The notes under the pieces were generated by a model. The model worked only from the letters and a program-made list of their open reading frames with translations, ran no database searches and was not told the DNA's origin. A program made the translations under genes and the position numbers. A stretch of 64,000 nucleotides of DNA, taken from assembly GCF_009914755.1 (NCBI RefSeq), contig NC_060935.1; one strand, 5' to 3'. Each line of letters opens with the position of its first letter. The stretch's first letter is position 1. The DNA is from the human T2T-CHM13v2.0 reference genome, Homo sapiens. Shown piece after piece: positions 1 to 63,300 of the stretch.

Positions 1-86
1 AGGTTGCAGTGAGCCGAGATCGCACCCCTGCACTCCAGCCTGGCGACAGAGTGAAACTCTGTCTCAAAAAAAAAAAAAAAAAAAAG
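1..86 (+). mobile_element. Alu 3' end with poly(A)
   Basis: gaggttgcagtgagccgagatc...A-tail. Confidence 0.9.
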
Positions 87-613
87 TAGGTACCCTGGCC
101 TCTGCCTCTTGGCATCACTGGCAGGACTTTGCTATAGGGCACAATTGATCCCAAGAAGGAAGCTACAAACTACCAGCCAGGAGGGCAGGATGGAGGCAGT
201 GAGGGCGCAGCATCAGCCACACACTCCCTCATCTGAATTTGCGGTGGAAAAGAAGCCCACAGATATGGCCTATGTAAATCCAGCAAGTACACATTCAGAA
301 GCAGGCAGCCCAGAGAGCTGAGCACACTTCTTAGGAGGTGTTCTGCATGAGTGCACTTCAAGCAAAAAAACATGAAGGCCAGGAATTTCACATGCACAAA
401 AACAGATGTTGATGCAATACCCATTGTTTAAAAGGACTAAATCAGGAAAGGCACTATTATCAAGGGAGGAAAATATCCATGCTGTGGAAAGTTTGACTCA
501 GGAAAATTCAGTGATGCAGGAGGGGTGGAAAGTCTGAGCCTCTCTGGGAGCACTTACAAGTTGAAAGGAGAGAAGTCTGTGCAACAGGTCCCTGGGCGTG
601 AACAATCCTTCTT

Positions 614-914
<301 letters not shown>

Positions 915-1015
915 AACGATCCTTCTTCTTTTACACTTGCTTGATTTGAGTTTACTGAGGAGTCAGTCATGTAGTAGTCATATTCTCTGCTTGCTGCTTT
1001 TGGAAACATCCGTCA

Positions 1016-1660
<645 letters not shown>

Positions 1661-1664
1661 AAGG

Positions 1665-1960
1665 TAGTGGGGAGATCTTGAGATGACAGCATTCTGGATT
1701 TAGGGTAGGCCCTAAATGCAGTGACAAGATGTCCTTATAAGAAGAGTGACACAGGAAGATGGGACACACAGAAGGGAGAAGGTCATGTGAGGATGGAGGT
1801 GGAGACTGAGTGATATGGCCCAAGCCACAGAAGGGCCACTGAAGTCAGAGTTGGGAAGGATTCTCCCCTTGAGCCTTCAGAGTTAGGAGAGAATAGATTC
1901 CTGAGGTTTTAAGCCACTTTTTCTTTATGGTCTTTTGTTCCAGCGGCCTCAGGGAGTGAA
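1665..1960 (+). mobile_element. MLT1 (MaLR) LTR fragment
   Basis: ggccctaaatgcagtgac..gtccttataagaag..gattctccccttgagccttcagag. Confidence 0.65.
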
Positions 1961-2989
1961 GGTACCAGCCATCCTGGGTTGCCCAGGACACTGCACTTTC
2001 AGTGCTAAAACCGAGAAAGTAATGGGAGAAGCCAGACAAGTGGGTCCCTGGTGGATGCCCGGCCTTAGACTTGCAATTGGCATCCGGTGCGTGAAGAAGC
2101 GGACACTGAGGGTCTCTCTGCAGCTGGCTGCCTGTGCCACCAGTGGTGATGTTGGCATTGGTGGCAGAGCCCACATCTGGCTGTGGGGGACGCAGCCTTT
2201 AGGGCCTGGTGTGCGGGTAGCAGGGGCTCTGTGGGCATGCCACCCACACCTAACCTGGGCTGTGAACTTGAGCTTTGCCATCCCTGGGAATCGCCACACC
2301 TGCACCCCCATCAGCCTGGCCCACTGCCCAGCAGCTCTCTCATGAGCGCCTTCCTGCCTAAGCTGTTTGTGGAAGCTGCTTCTCTAGCAGCCAGACTGAA
2401 TCAGAGGCCTCTCCCATGGCAGCAGGAGACTGTGACCTCAGGGCACAGCCTTAATGGGGTGGCAGGTGCGGGTCTTGGGCAGCAGGAATGATGCCAGGCC
2501 CATCATTGTGTATCTCAAATCACATCAGCCACACCTGCTGGGTGGGACTTTTACAGAAGAAACTGGGCTCTGGAGGTGATCATCCCGTCTGAAAGCAGAG
2601 AGCTGGCGGGGGCAGGGCGAAGGGGCACTGGAGTGGGTGAGCAGGGTCTCCTTGACCAAAGCTCTCTCCTCAAGCCTAGAATATACTGTGGTCATCCAGG
2701 ATTTCTGAGAAGGAGGAGCTGGAGATTTCTGAATCCTCCTTGTCTGTTCTCCTTGTAGAGAAAGGAGAAGGAAAGAAAGCAATCCACCTACTTTTGTAGG
2801 GCGACTGTAAACTGTTACAAACAGAATGAGGCCAGTAGCATTTTATTACTGGCCTCATTCTGTTTGAATCACTTGCATGGCAGCACAAAACCAGAAAAGA
2901 AATAAAAACACAGAGCTTCCAAAGAGAGGAGGCAAACTCACTCTTTATAGACCACCTCACTGTCTACCAGGCGTCTATGCACGTGAACT

Positions 2990-3084
2990 GTTAGGACTGA
3001 GGCTAAAGTGATTTTTAATATTTTGCCCAAATTCCTATCTAAGGAGTCTGGGGAGTCATGCCCTACAAAGCATAACTTCTCATC
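2990..3084 (+). mobile_element. MER4-group LTR fragment
   Basis: cccaaattcctatctaaggagtctggggagtcatgccctacaaa. Confidence 0.55.
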
Positions 3085-4295
<1,211 letters not shown>

Positions 4296-4432
4296 TAAAC
4301 AGCAAACATCCTCATGACTAAATATTAGGTTCAGTTTTATTGACTTCTTTAGGGCACATTCCCAGCCTGGCCACTGCTGGGCCAAGAGGCTGCAGGTTTT
4401 GAAGTCACAGAGGATGCCCTCCGTGCACCCAC

Positions 4433-4560
4433 CCTCACAGCAGACGGAACACGGCAGCAGGAGTCCAGGCCATTGGGGAAGGCTGTAAGTGTCACCTGGT
4501 CACACTTCATACACTTTCCTTGGGTGTAGGAGTTCACACAGGGTTCACCAACACACTCAC
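4433..4560 (-). pseudogene. Frameshifted TNF-receptor cysteine-rich-domain exon, Tnfrsf22/23/26 (TNFRH)-like unitary pseudogene relic
   Basis: cag|GT GAG TGT...GAG G|gtgggt, a phase-1/1 exon. It reads GECVGEPCVNSYTQGKCMKCDQVTLTAFPNGLDSC(fs)PCSVCCE, matching the recalled mouse Tnfrsf23 segment GTFVKAPCKIPHTQGQCEKCHPGTFTGKDNGLHDCELCSTC. Length is 128 nt (129-1). Confidence 0.75.
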
Positions 4561-5072
4561 CTGGGCAAGAGGTTGGGCAGAGGTCAGATCCTGCACCGGG
4601 GCACTCTGGCGTCCTGGGCTGCACTGTCTACCCATCCAGGCTCAGGAGGCTCACACCTGGAATGAGAAAATAGAAATACTTATGTACTGGAGTTTAGGAT
4701 CAAAATAATCTCTGGGTTGTTACAATTTCCTATAAATGATTGACAGACTGCTTCGGTGGCCTCCAAGGGCTCCGGCTATCTGTGTTGGGTTTGCTTCTCC
4801 AAACAGCTGTACTGTGAGCCATGATAGGAATCCCAGGCTCCCTCTGACCTCAGAAACTGAGGCTACTGAGGGTGAGCTTGTGGTCAGTAGGAGGACAACT
4901 CTTCCACCTCCGCAGACAGGGCTCACCGCCCAACTGCCCGTGTTGCAAATGAGAGCAGGTGAGTGCTCCATGGGATCAGAGGCCCTGCTGTCTCCATGTG
5001 AATCATTATACTGGTTTCCAGCGAAGGACCTGAGACCTGGCAGAAAAGGATGGATGCTCCATTTGACATCCT

Positions 5073-5791
<719 letters not shown>

Positions 5792-5918
5792 ATCTCATTA
5801 ACATTTCACTTAGACAGTGCAGGCCCTCTCAGGCATGTTTCCTAAGGGCAGGCCAGTTCTTTCTTCTAGAATGTTTTCTCCAGTTCTCACCTCGGCAGCC
5901 CTCCACCAGCCTCCCTGA

Positions 5919-10505
<4,587 letters not shown>

Positions 10506-11267
10506 TGACTCATTGTAGTTTTGATTTGTATTTCCTTACAATTTGTCGAAGACCTAAATATAAGAGCTAAAACTGTAAAGCCACTGACCGGGCTTCGGAA
10601 TTCAGCGTCCCCCAGCACGGGCCCTCCCCATCCCTTCCCCAGTACCCCTGCCCCCCGGCCTAGCCCAAGAGGTTTTCCTTGCTGCCTGGCCACTTCCTAG
10701 GGAGGGGAAGAGGTATCTTGACTTTCACCCCTGACCTGCACCCCAAGAGGGTCCAGGCTCCACCAGCCCTGCTCAGCAGAAGAGAAAAGGGGGCTCCTCG
10801 CTGGCCTCCCCTTCCCCAGCCCCTCCAGGGCAAGCACCACCTCTAGCCTTGTTCTCCCCCCAAGATGTCTTAGGGGTCCTTTCCAGTTCTGGTGCTCAGC
10901 CAGCACCCCCTGCGTCTGTCCCTCCTCCTTCCCTCATTCCCACAATATTTTCTGAGCAGATTGGGGGACAGGGGCAGGTTGGGGAAAGGCCACCATTGCT
11001 CCTGCACTCTGCTGTCCGGTCTGGGACGTGGAACAGAAGCCCAGGTGGCTTAGCCAGGCATAGCCCCTCAAATGGCATGGCTCAGGGCAGGGGAAGACTG
11101 GGGACTGAGACCAGGAAGGGGTGCCCTGCTGCAGTAGGGCAGGAGGCACAGCTCTGGACACCCCCATCATCAGCAAATATCACCACCTGCTGTTTTCTCT
11201 CCAGGGTCCACATACAAAACCCACCTGGGGAACCCTTCAATGATGGACCCAAAAACCATGTTCAGGG

Positions 11268-12694
<1,427 letters not shown>

Positions 12695-12930
12695 TTGAAA
12701 TGCTGGTCAGGTGCTCTCCCTTCCACCTCCTGCAAAGTTGCAAACGGAGGCCAGGTGACGACTGTTGTAAAGTGCCCCCTGAACACCTGTGTAGGCACCT
12801 TTTTGGGCATCAGCTCAATTATTCCCTCAGGATTATGCTCACCCTGGACACACTGGGGTCTGGACTCTGTTTTTTTCCCTCTGGGATAGTTGCTTTCTCT
12901 TCCTTGTTGATTTAAAATAGTTCTTAGCAA

Positions 12931-13504
<574 letters not shown>

Positions 13505-14315
13505 TCACACTCTGAGCTCATGTTTGCCCCATGGTGTGTGGCCTCCACAGAGGGGCACTGGAGCCAGGCAGGGCCCCCCGCCCCATCCTCCAGGTGGTTC
13601 GGGGGGGTCTTGGGAGTCCTGGCTGTCTGAGGCGGACATGAGGCTCCTCAGAGGAGCTGGGGGGCAGGACCCCCTGCCTCTCCCTCCACCCCAGCCACAG
13701 CCCCTCCTCTCCTGGGGCCTTGGGGGTCGAGGTGGGGAGGTGCAGAGGGAGGTGGTGACCCGAGGCCCCTCGTGTCCCCCTCTCCTGGGTGCTGCCTGGC
13801 TGCCCTCCCTTTCATCACCCTTGTCCTCTGGTTGCTGTGAGGGGTGGGCTGCAGTCTCCCTCTGCTGTCACTTGAGGCCTGTGGTCAGGTGCCCCCACCC
13901 CGCCTTCAGGGGCACCCTGAGCAGGCCCACTCACTGGCCTTGGTGTCTGAGTACCAGGGGTGGTGGCCACAGTGGAACCGAAGCAAGGGGCAGCGGGCCA
14001 GGTGGTCCAGCCAGGGGGGGTCCCCTTCAGTAACTGGCAGCATTGGCCTCAGGGGCTGTGCCAATGCCCCCCAGCAGCCTCTGAGGTGCCTGGAGTGCCT
14101 GTGGGCAGTGTCACTCTGTGTCCCCCACTGGCTCATTGGGTGATGGGACGCCAGCCTCCCAGCATTTGCTCCACAGGGCGGGCAGGCTGCCCACAGCTCC
14201 CTGTGAACTCTGCACCCTCCTCCCTCCCGGGCCCCTCCACCCAGCCCCACACAGCTCCATGCTGGCCTTGAGTCTTCCTGGGAAGCCCTCCTCTCGTTTC
14301 CAGAAGTCCCGCAAG

Positions 14316-15404
14316 AAGAGAACACGTATGTGTCTGTTTATTTCAAGGTGTGGAACACAGACACATCCCCAGATGGGGGAGGAGGGGAGACAAGGACACG
14401 GGTACAAAAACTGGAAACAAAGCCACCCGCTACAGCTCAGACGGCACCGCCACGATGTGGTTTAAGGCTCTGTACGTATATATATGTGTAGAGGCTCACA
14501 CACGCGCACACGCACACGCAGAGCGGCACTGACACGGGGACTGAGGCCAGACGTGAAGGCTGACTGCAGCTCGCAGCCCACCTAAAATATTGCAATTATG
14601 TTTATTAAAAAAGTGTAAAATGGGAAGACTGTGCATCGGTCTGAGTAAAGTGGCGAACTTGAGCCTCCCCGGCCTGGGTGCAGGGCCAGCTAAGCCACAC
14701 CCCTGCGCCCCCCACACCCCTGCACACACCTGCACCCACAACCACCTCCACCTGCGTGTGCCCCCACCAGAGCGAGCGTCCAGGTGTGGGGGTGGGGTGG
14801 TTCCAGGACCTGCCTCTGTGGGGCTCCCATCCAAACAGCACAGCGTGGAATAAAAAACCAAAATGCCTTCCCCAGAGTGGCCCTAACCTGTCCCTGGCAC
14901 CCACCAGTGGCCCCACCAGGGTGGTCCCGGCAATGTGGACAGGGTCTCCGGAAGGCAGGCCTATGCATCTGTGTGTGGGGGGACTCCTGGGCCACTCGGG
15001 GCTCCTCCAAACCTGCCCACTCACTGCTGCTGGGGTGTGACTGTCCAGGGCCCCCACAGGCCCTCCCACCCTAAATCCATCCATCCCCCATGGCAAGTGG
15101 AGGCCGGACAGGGGGTGACACGGCAAGATGGCCAGGAGTGCGTCGCACAGCAGAAGCTGCATTTGGCTTTAGCATTAAGGCCAGCGCTGGGCGGAAGGCC
15201 CTGCAGAGAGGCCAGTGCCCCTGAGAGGGGCCCAGCACACCTGGGCCCGCAGCGCCTTGTGGCCCCAGGTCCCTCCTGCGCCTGGACTCCCCGTCACAGT
15301 GGCTGTGCTTGCCGGGCCTCTCTGCCTCCATGGAGCAGGCTTAAAGTGCTGGGTGCCTGGGAGGGAGGGCTCAGGACCGGCCAGGAGCTCTGCCCCCAGG
15401 GCTC
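14316..15404 (-). other. OSBPL5: OSBPL5 3'UTR (distal end approximate)
   Basis: Follows the stop codon; minus-strand AATAAA at 14601-14606 and 14337-14342. Confidence 0.8.
14337..14342 (-). terminator. Distal poly(A) signal AATAAA of OSBPL5
   Basis: Plus strand reads tttatt; followed on the minus strand by GU/U-rich cgtgttctcttcttg. Confidence 0.75.
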
Positions 15405-57403
<41,999 letters not shown>

Positions 57404-59504
57404 GCTGTGGGCGCTCGGGGGCTTCTGGAAGGAAGGAAGGAGGGGCAGCAGGAGGTCACCGCCCCGGAAGGGGCTTCAGAGCCACATGGTGGGGGTGCCC
57501 CTGGCTAAGAAGTCCCCCTCTCAGGGGACTTCTGAGGCAGGGTGAGGAGGGCCTGGGCCCTGGGAGCCTGGTGGTGGGTGGTCAGCCAGGACAGCCCAGC
57601 TCAGGCGAATGGCTTTGGCTGGTGCCAGCCCTTTCCACGCCGGGCAGTAGGGCTGGACGGAGCCCTGGTCAGAGAGGCTCATCACCACCCTCGGAAGATG
57701 TCCTTCTCAGAACCCCCACCCCAGGTTCTGTGAGACCCTGGCTGCAGCCAGGCAGACCCACGTGTAGACACAGGTTTTCCCTCCCGCATTTCCCTCCCAC
57801 GTGACAGCACTTTGTGGTGGGGAGGGGTCTGGAGCTTCCATGGAGAAGATGCACGGGGGTGAGACCAGGTGGCCGCTGAGCACCAGGGAGTGGCTGGCAC
57901 GGTGTTGGGCAGTCCGGGAGCCTGGCCTGCCATCCATCTAAGGGTCCCAGGAGCGCCTCGCCTCTGGTTAAGCCCGCCTGAAGCTTGGGTGCCCCAACGG
58001 TTTCAGTTGCACCCACATGCACCCCAGCAAGAGAGGGAGCTCTGGGCGCTCACAGCCAGGCACACCTGCGTCCACGCCCAGCCCAAGACGTTGCATTCCC
58101 AGTGGGAGCTTCCTTGCTGCTTCACAAAAGAGGGAGGCCCCACAGCCAGGCCCTGACACCCACCTGCCTCGCTCTCCCAGCCCCGCCCACTGGCAGACCT
58201 GCCTTTCCCCTGTGGGTTCAGAAGCGAGATTCTTGTTTCCTCCCCTGGAAGGAGAGAGGACAACAGGCGGTCCCCTCTGTCCTGCTCCCCACCAGCCCTA
58301 CACCTAGTAGTGCTGGGCCAAGCAGAGGGTAACTGATTGCAGTCACGCCTTTGCAGGCACTTGAAGTTGACGGCGCCAGATCCACTGAGGTCTCAGCCCA
58401 TTTTACAGATGAGAAAATCATGACTCAGGGAGTGGAAGGCCTCGACCTGTAATCGTGACCTGACAAGGGTTGGCAGAGCATCCCCTCCAGCTTCTCATCT
58501 TGTGTCCACTTCCCAAGGGCGAGCTCCTTAAAAACTACTGGTCAATTTTCCTCCTTTCCCAATTTTCTGGGGCTGCTTCCTGCTGCCTCAGGGCAGGCCA
58601 GTGGCATCCTGCCAAGCCCGGGACAAAGGCCTCGATTTCTCCCATGGTCCTGGGCTTTGCTGGGGGGGGCCTCAGACACACAGAGACTTTCCTGCTGTGG
58701 CTTCAGGAGTGGGCTGGGGGCCCAGGGTGTCTGTGGTCCTGGGGGCTTCTGTCCACCACCCCAGAGCCCCCTCTGTGCCCCCAGTCCTGAAGTCAGAGTG
58801 GGGAGGGGCTCCAAGGATGCAGCCAGGCTGGGCCAGCCCCTCCCTCACCTGGCCCCTGGCTCGGCTCATGACCTTGGCCATCTTACACACAGGGCAGCTG
58901 GCTTCAGAGAGGCTGGCGTTTTGGCCCAGGTCACAGAGCTAACAATCAGCAATGCCGTCCTTAAGCCAGGTGGAACCGATCCTAAAACCCAGCCGCTGAG
59001 TGTCTGCCCACTCAGTGTCTCAGCTTGGCTCAGCCAACCTGCCGCAGGGAAGCAGGCAGATGGGAAGTCCTGCCCCTACTTGTCAATCACAACAAACACG
59101 TCCTACTTGCCCAGGTGCAGCTCAGGATGGGAACCAGCAGCTGAGCGGAGGCCGGGCTTACTCAGACAGCTGAGATTTTCTGAGCACCCAGGCTGGGCTG
59201 GGCACCAGGCAGCCAAGGTAAGTGAGCAGCGATCCTGCTCTCAGGACCCACAGAGAGCCCCGGAATGTCCCAGGCAGTGTGGTGACAGCGATTCCCAGGT
59301 AGGTCTCCCTCACTTGGAACCTCCTGGGGCAGGGAGAGGGGCTCAAAACCTAGCCTCAGCTGCCCTGTCTGGCTGTCTGCTCCAGTTCCACCTGGGCCAA
59401 GGTAGAAAGGCCATAGGGGATCTTGGTACCTTTCTGCTCAGATACCCCACATACCTTCTCCCAGCACCAATGACAGCCAGTGGGACTTCTTAGTCTGTGA
59501 GTGC

Positions 59505-60340
59505 CACCATCCACTCATCTATACACCAGTCTCATCTATACACCAGTCTCCCGCTCCCTTGTATCCCTCCATCTATACATACATACATCTCCCTTCCAGG
59601 CATCCATCCATCCATCCACCCACCCACCCACCCATTCATCCATCCATCCATCCATCCATCTACTGTCATCCCATCTATCCATCAATCCATCCATCCATCC
59701 ATCTACCCATTCATCCATCCACCCATTCGTCCATCCATCCATCCATCTACCATCCTCCCATCTATCCATCCATCCACCCATTCATCCATCCATCCATCCA
59801 TCCACCCACCCATTCATTCATCCATCCATCCATCCATCCACCCATTCATCCATCCATCCATCCACCCATTCATCCATCTGTCTATTCATCCACCCGTCTA
59901 TTCATCCATCCATCTACTGTCCTCCCATCCATCCATCCACCCACCCACCCATTCATCTATCCATCCATCCATCCATCCATCCATCCTCCCAGGCATCCAT
60001 CCATCCATCCACCATCTTCCCATCCATCCATCCATCCATCCACCTACCCATTCATTCATCCATCCATCCATCCATCTACCCACTCATCTATCCATCCACC
60101 CACCAAACCATCCATCCATCCTCCTGTCCATCCATCCATCCATCCATCCACCCATCCACCCACCCTCCCTCCCTTTCAGGCATCCATCCATCCTCCTGTC
60201 CATCCATCCATCCATCCATCCATCCATCCATCCATCCATCCACCCACCCATCCACCCACCCTCCCTCCCTTTCAGGCATCCATCCATCCATCCATCCATC
60301 CATCCATCCATCCATCCATTCACCCACCTGCCACCCCTCT
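59505..60340. repeat. Long interrupted (CCAT)n repeat in intron 1
   Basis: Directly visible, with higher-order duplicated blocks. Confidence 0.95.
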
Positions 60341-63300
60341 ATCCCTCCTTGAAGCTCTCCAGCCAGTCAGCTGACCTGCCTGATTCCACCTTCCTTCCCA
60401 TTCACCTCACACTCAGACACATCTGAGGTGGTATTCAAATAATGTCTGAAACACTGATACGGAACAGACACTCACCAATCCAAATGCAATACAGGTGTGT
60501 ACCAGGGACTATCACTCTGTGTGCCAACAACCCCAGACCAGTGTCCAGTGCCCCGGGCCCTGCAGACCACCTCTGACCCGCTCAGACAGGGTGGGCGGCA
60601 GCTCTCATCACAAGGCATCCTGGTCTGTGGAGCCCTTCTGGAGCCCCCCATCCCTTGGACTTCCTGATGCCCTACAGCTGAGAGGTGCCTGCTGAGTGCC
60701 CCCAAATGGTCACCTGGTGGGGAGGTGTTTTGTTCATTTTAAAGGCCACATCTCCCCAGTGGCTCCATATGGCATTTAGAACAAATCCAGTCTCATCCCG
60801 TCCCTGTTCCCCAAGCCCTCCCGCCACCCCATTCCCCAGCCCACTCTGTCGCCCACTCTGCTCCAGCCACACTGGCCCCTTTATGTTCCCATTCCTGCTG
60901 AATGTGCCCGCCCACCATCTCCACATGGCCCGGTCCTCCTCAAATTCCACTGTCAGCTTCAATGTCACTTCCCGGAGGCTTGGCCACTCTGGGAGTCGAT
61001 TCAGATTCTCCACGTAGCACTGGGAGTCCTTGGAGGGCTCCACATTGCACTTCTTTGTTCTTCGCACACACTTCTCCCACCAGATGCAGCGCAGGTGAGG
61101 GCTGGTGGGGTCTGATCATGGCTCTGTCCCAGCAGCCAAGGTAGGGACACGCGGTAGGTGCTTCCCATGTGTTTGGATTCACACAGGCTGCCTGTCGTGT
61201 CGCACGGCTCCAGGGTGGAGACCCTCGGTGGTTGTGCAGCAGGCACTCCCCATTGGAGGTGCCTGGGGTGCCTGCCTGCCTCCCCACTGTTCCTGAGGTC
61301 TCCAGGACAGGGCAGGGTCCTCAGAGAGGTGAGCAGGGTTAGTTTTAGGGCTGATTTCCACTGGAACCCTAGTGAGGTTCCCATCCCCCGGCCATCTGCC
61401 ACTCCAGGCGTTGCCTAAGGAATAATGGAAAGTTGGCATCTGCAGGGTGTGAGCTGCTGAGGAATGAGGCCCTCTTGGTGCTGGTAGGACTTTCATCCAC
61501 TGCAGTGAAAGCTGAAGGCTGGGAGCCCCAGGGAGCACAGCCCCTGATGGGAACCCCCCATGAGGGGAGGGAGAGAAGGAAAGAAGGATGGGTCGACAAG
61601 GAAACAGACACGCTGGCTGAGGCAGCAGCGACCTGGGATCCCACTCAAACTGGGAAATGCAAAAGGCCTGTTATCGCCACTGCCCTGCACTGCCTGCGGG
61701 GAAGCCCCGGGCCACGCTCCGGCCACCAAGGACTTCAGGTGGACCCTTTAGGCCCAGCCCTCAGGATTCTGCCTGCCTGAGGCCACCCAAGGTTGATGTG
61801 GCGGTCGCTCTCAGCGGCCTCCATGCCCTGGGGGGCTGGCCTGTCCCTGACACCAGCAGCACCTTCACCCCAGAGCCCCCAATGACTCTCTGCTCATCTG
61901 TACACAGCTGGGCCTCAGCCTGCAGTTGCCAAACCCTTTTCCGCCACTGTGCATGGTGCTGCGTCCATCTCCAGCTGTGATCTCATCCTGCCCCCACAGT
62001 CCTGAAGTCCAAGTGCAGGAGGGGACGCTGTGGGGCTTGGGAGGAAGGAGCCCCAGAGTGCCCCTCCCGCGGTGAGACTGTCCCTGGGGCCAAAGAGGAA
62101 GTGTGGGCAATTCCAGTCTGAAAGGTCACGTTTCTGCCTGGTGGGGCCCCAGCCCCGAGACCCCAAGGTCCCCTAAGGAGGCTCATTCTGGAGGCCAGGC
62201 CAGGAGGCCAGGGAAGAGGGAGTGGCTGGGGAAGAAGGCGGGGCTTGGTGGGGGGGGGGGTCACTAGATGTATGTGGTCCCCAGTGCCCAGCTCTGCCCA
62301 AGCCTCGGAGGAGGGAAGGGTGCAGGCCTGGAGCTCAGAAACAGGCAGGCGACAGGTGGGCCCGGAAGCCACCACCTGACCCCAAGTCCAAGTCAGCCAC
62401 AACCCTCTTCTGCAGCTTCCATTCCTGGGGGGCCTAAGGAAATGTCCTCTTCCAATGTCACATCAGATGCTGGGTCGCCTCGTGGGCCTCCTGCTGTCAC
62501 CAGACAGGACAGGAAGGGCCTCCTGCTCTCCTCCAGGGGCCCTGTGTTTGCCACTGTAGCCATCCGCTGGCCACCCAGCAGGCACGACTTCCATTGTTGG
62601 GGGTTGCCTGTGTCCCCAGGAACCAATTCTCCAAGTGCCCCTTGCCTGGGGGAGCGCCAGGTTTTGTTCAGCTGTTGGGCAGACCTAGTGACTAGGGTGG
62701 GGGCCACTCTTCCTAGTCCAGAGTGAGCCAGGCCCACTCCCCAGCCTGTGAAGGCTCAAGGTGAGCAGGGCTGGCCCCCCAGCCCCTCCTCCTGCTGCTG
62801 GTCCCTAGCCCATCCCAGGTGGGTGCCCTGCCCAGCCGCTCTTCTCAGTCATGACTTTGTGCCTCTTTGGGCCTTTTGGAAAGGAGGGAGGGAGGCACCA
62901 AAAGGGAACACTTTGGACTTGGGTTGGGGTGGAGACCCGCTGTCCACCGAAAGAATGTGCTCTGAGCAGAGCCTCCTCTGCCATGTGGCGGGATGGGCCG
63001 GGGAGCCCACAGGGGCTGGGCTTCAGCTGCGTGAGTGGGTCTCCTCAGAGGTCTGCTGGGACTTGGGGGTGGGGTGGGGGTGATCCTGTGACCCAGAGAG
63101 GGGCTGAGGGTGGGGGAGGGGCAAGTGTGGGTGCCGGGTGCAGGCCCGTGGGCAGGGCCAACCACCAGCCTGGGAGAGCTGACAATCCCACTTGTGGTCC
63201 CACTAGGCTGGAGAGGGGACGCGGGAGAAGCTCGGCCCATGGAAGGCCCCCCTTTCTCTGCACCCCAGCCCCCGAGCTGGGCCTTTGCTTCTGCCTGGCC

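Noticed and set aside
170-235. Minus-strand VAD...CPPGW after an AG as another TNFR-like exon
   Set aside because: Only one cysteine is in place and a frameshift is needed; not distinguishable from chance
10934-11000. Minus-strand ATG GTG GCC TTT (MVAF) as a possible first exon of the TNFR relic
   Set aside because: No leucine-rich signal peptide or clear donor follows; a four-residue resemblance is chance level
59497-60426. ORFs of 271-309 aa rich in HPSI
   Set aside because: Translations of the (CCAT)n repeat
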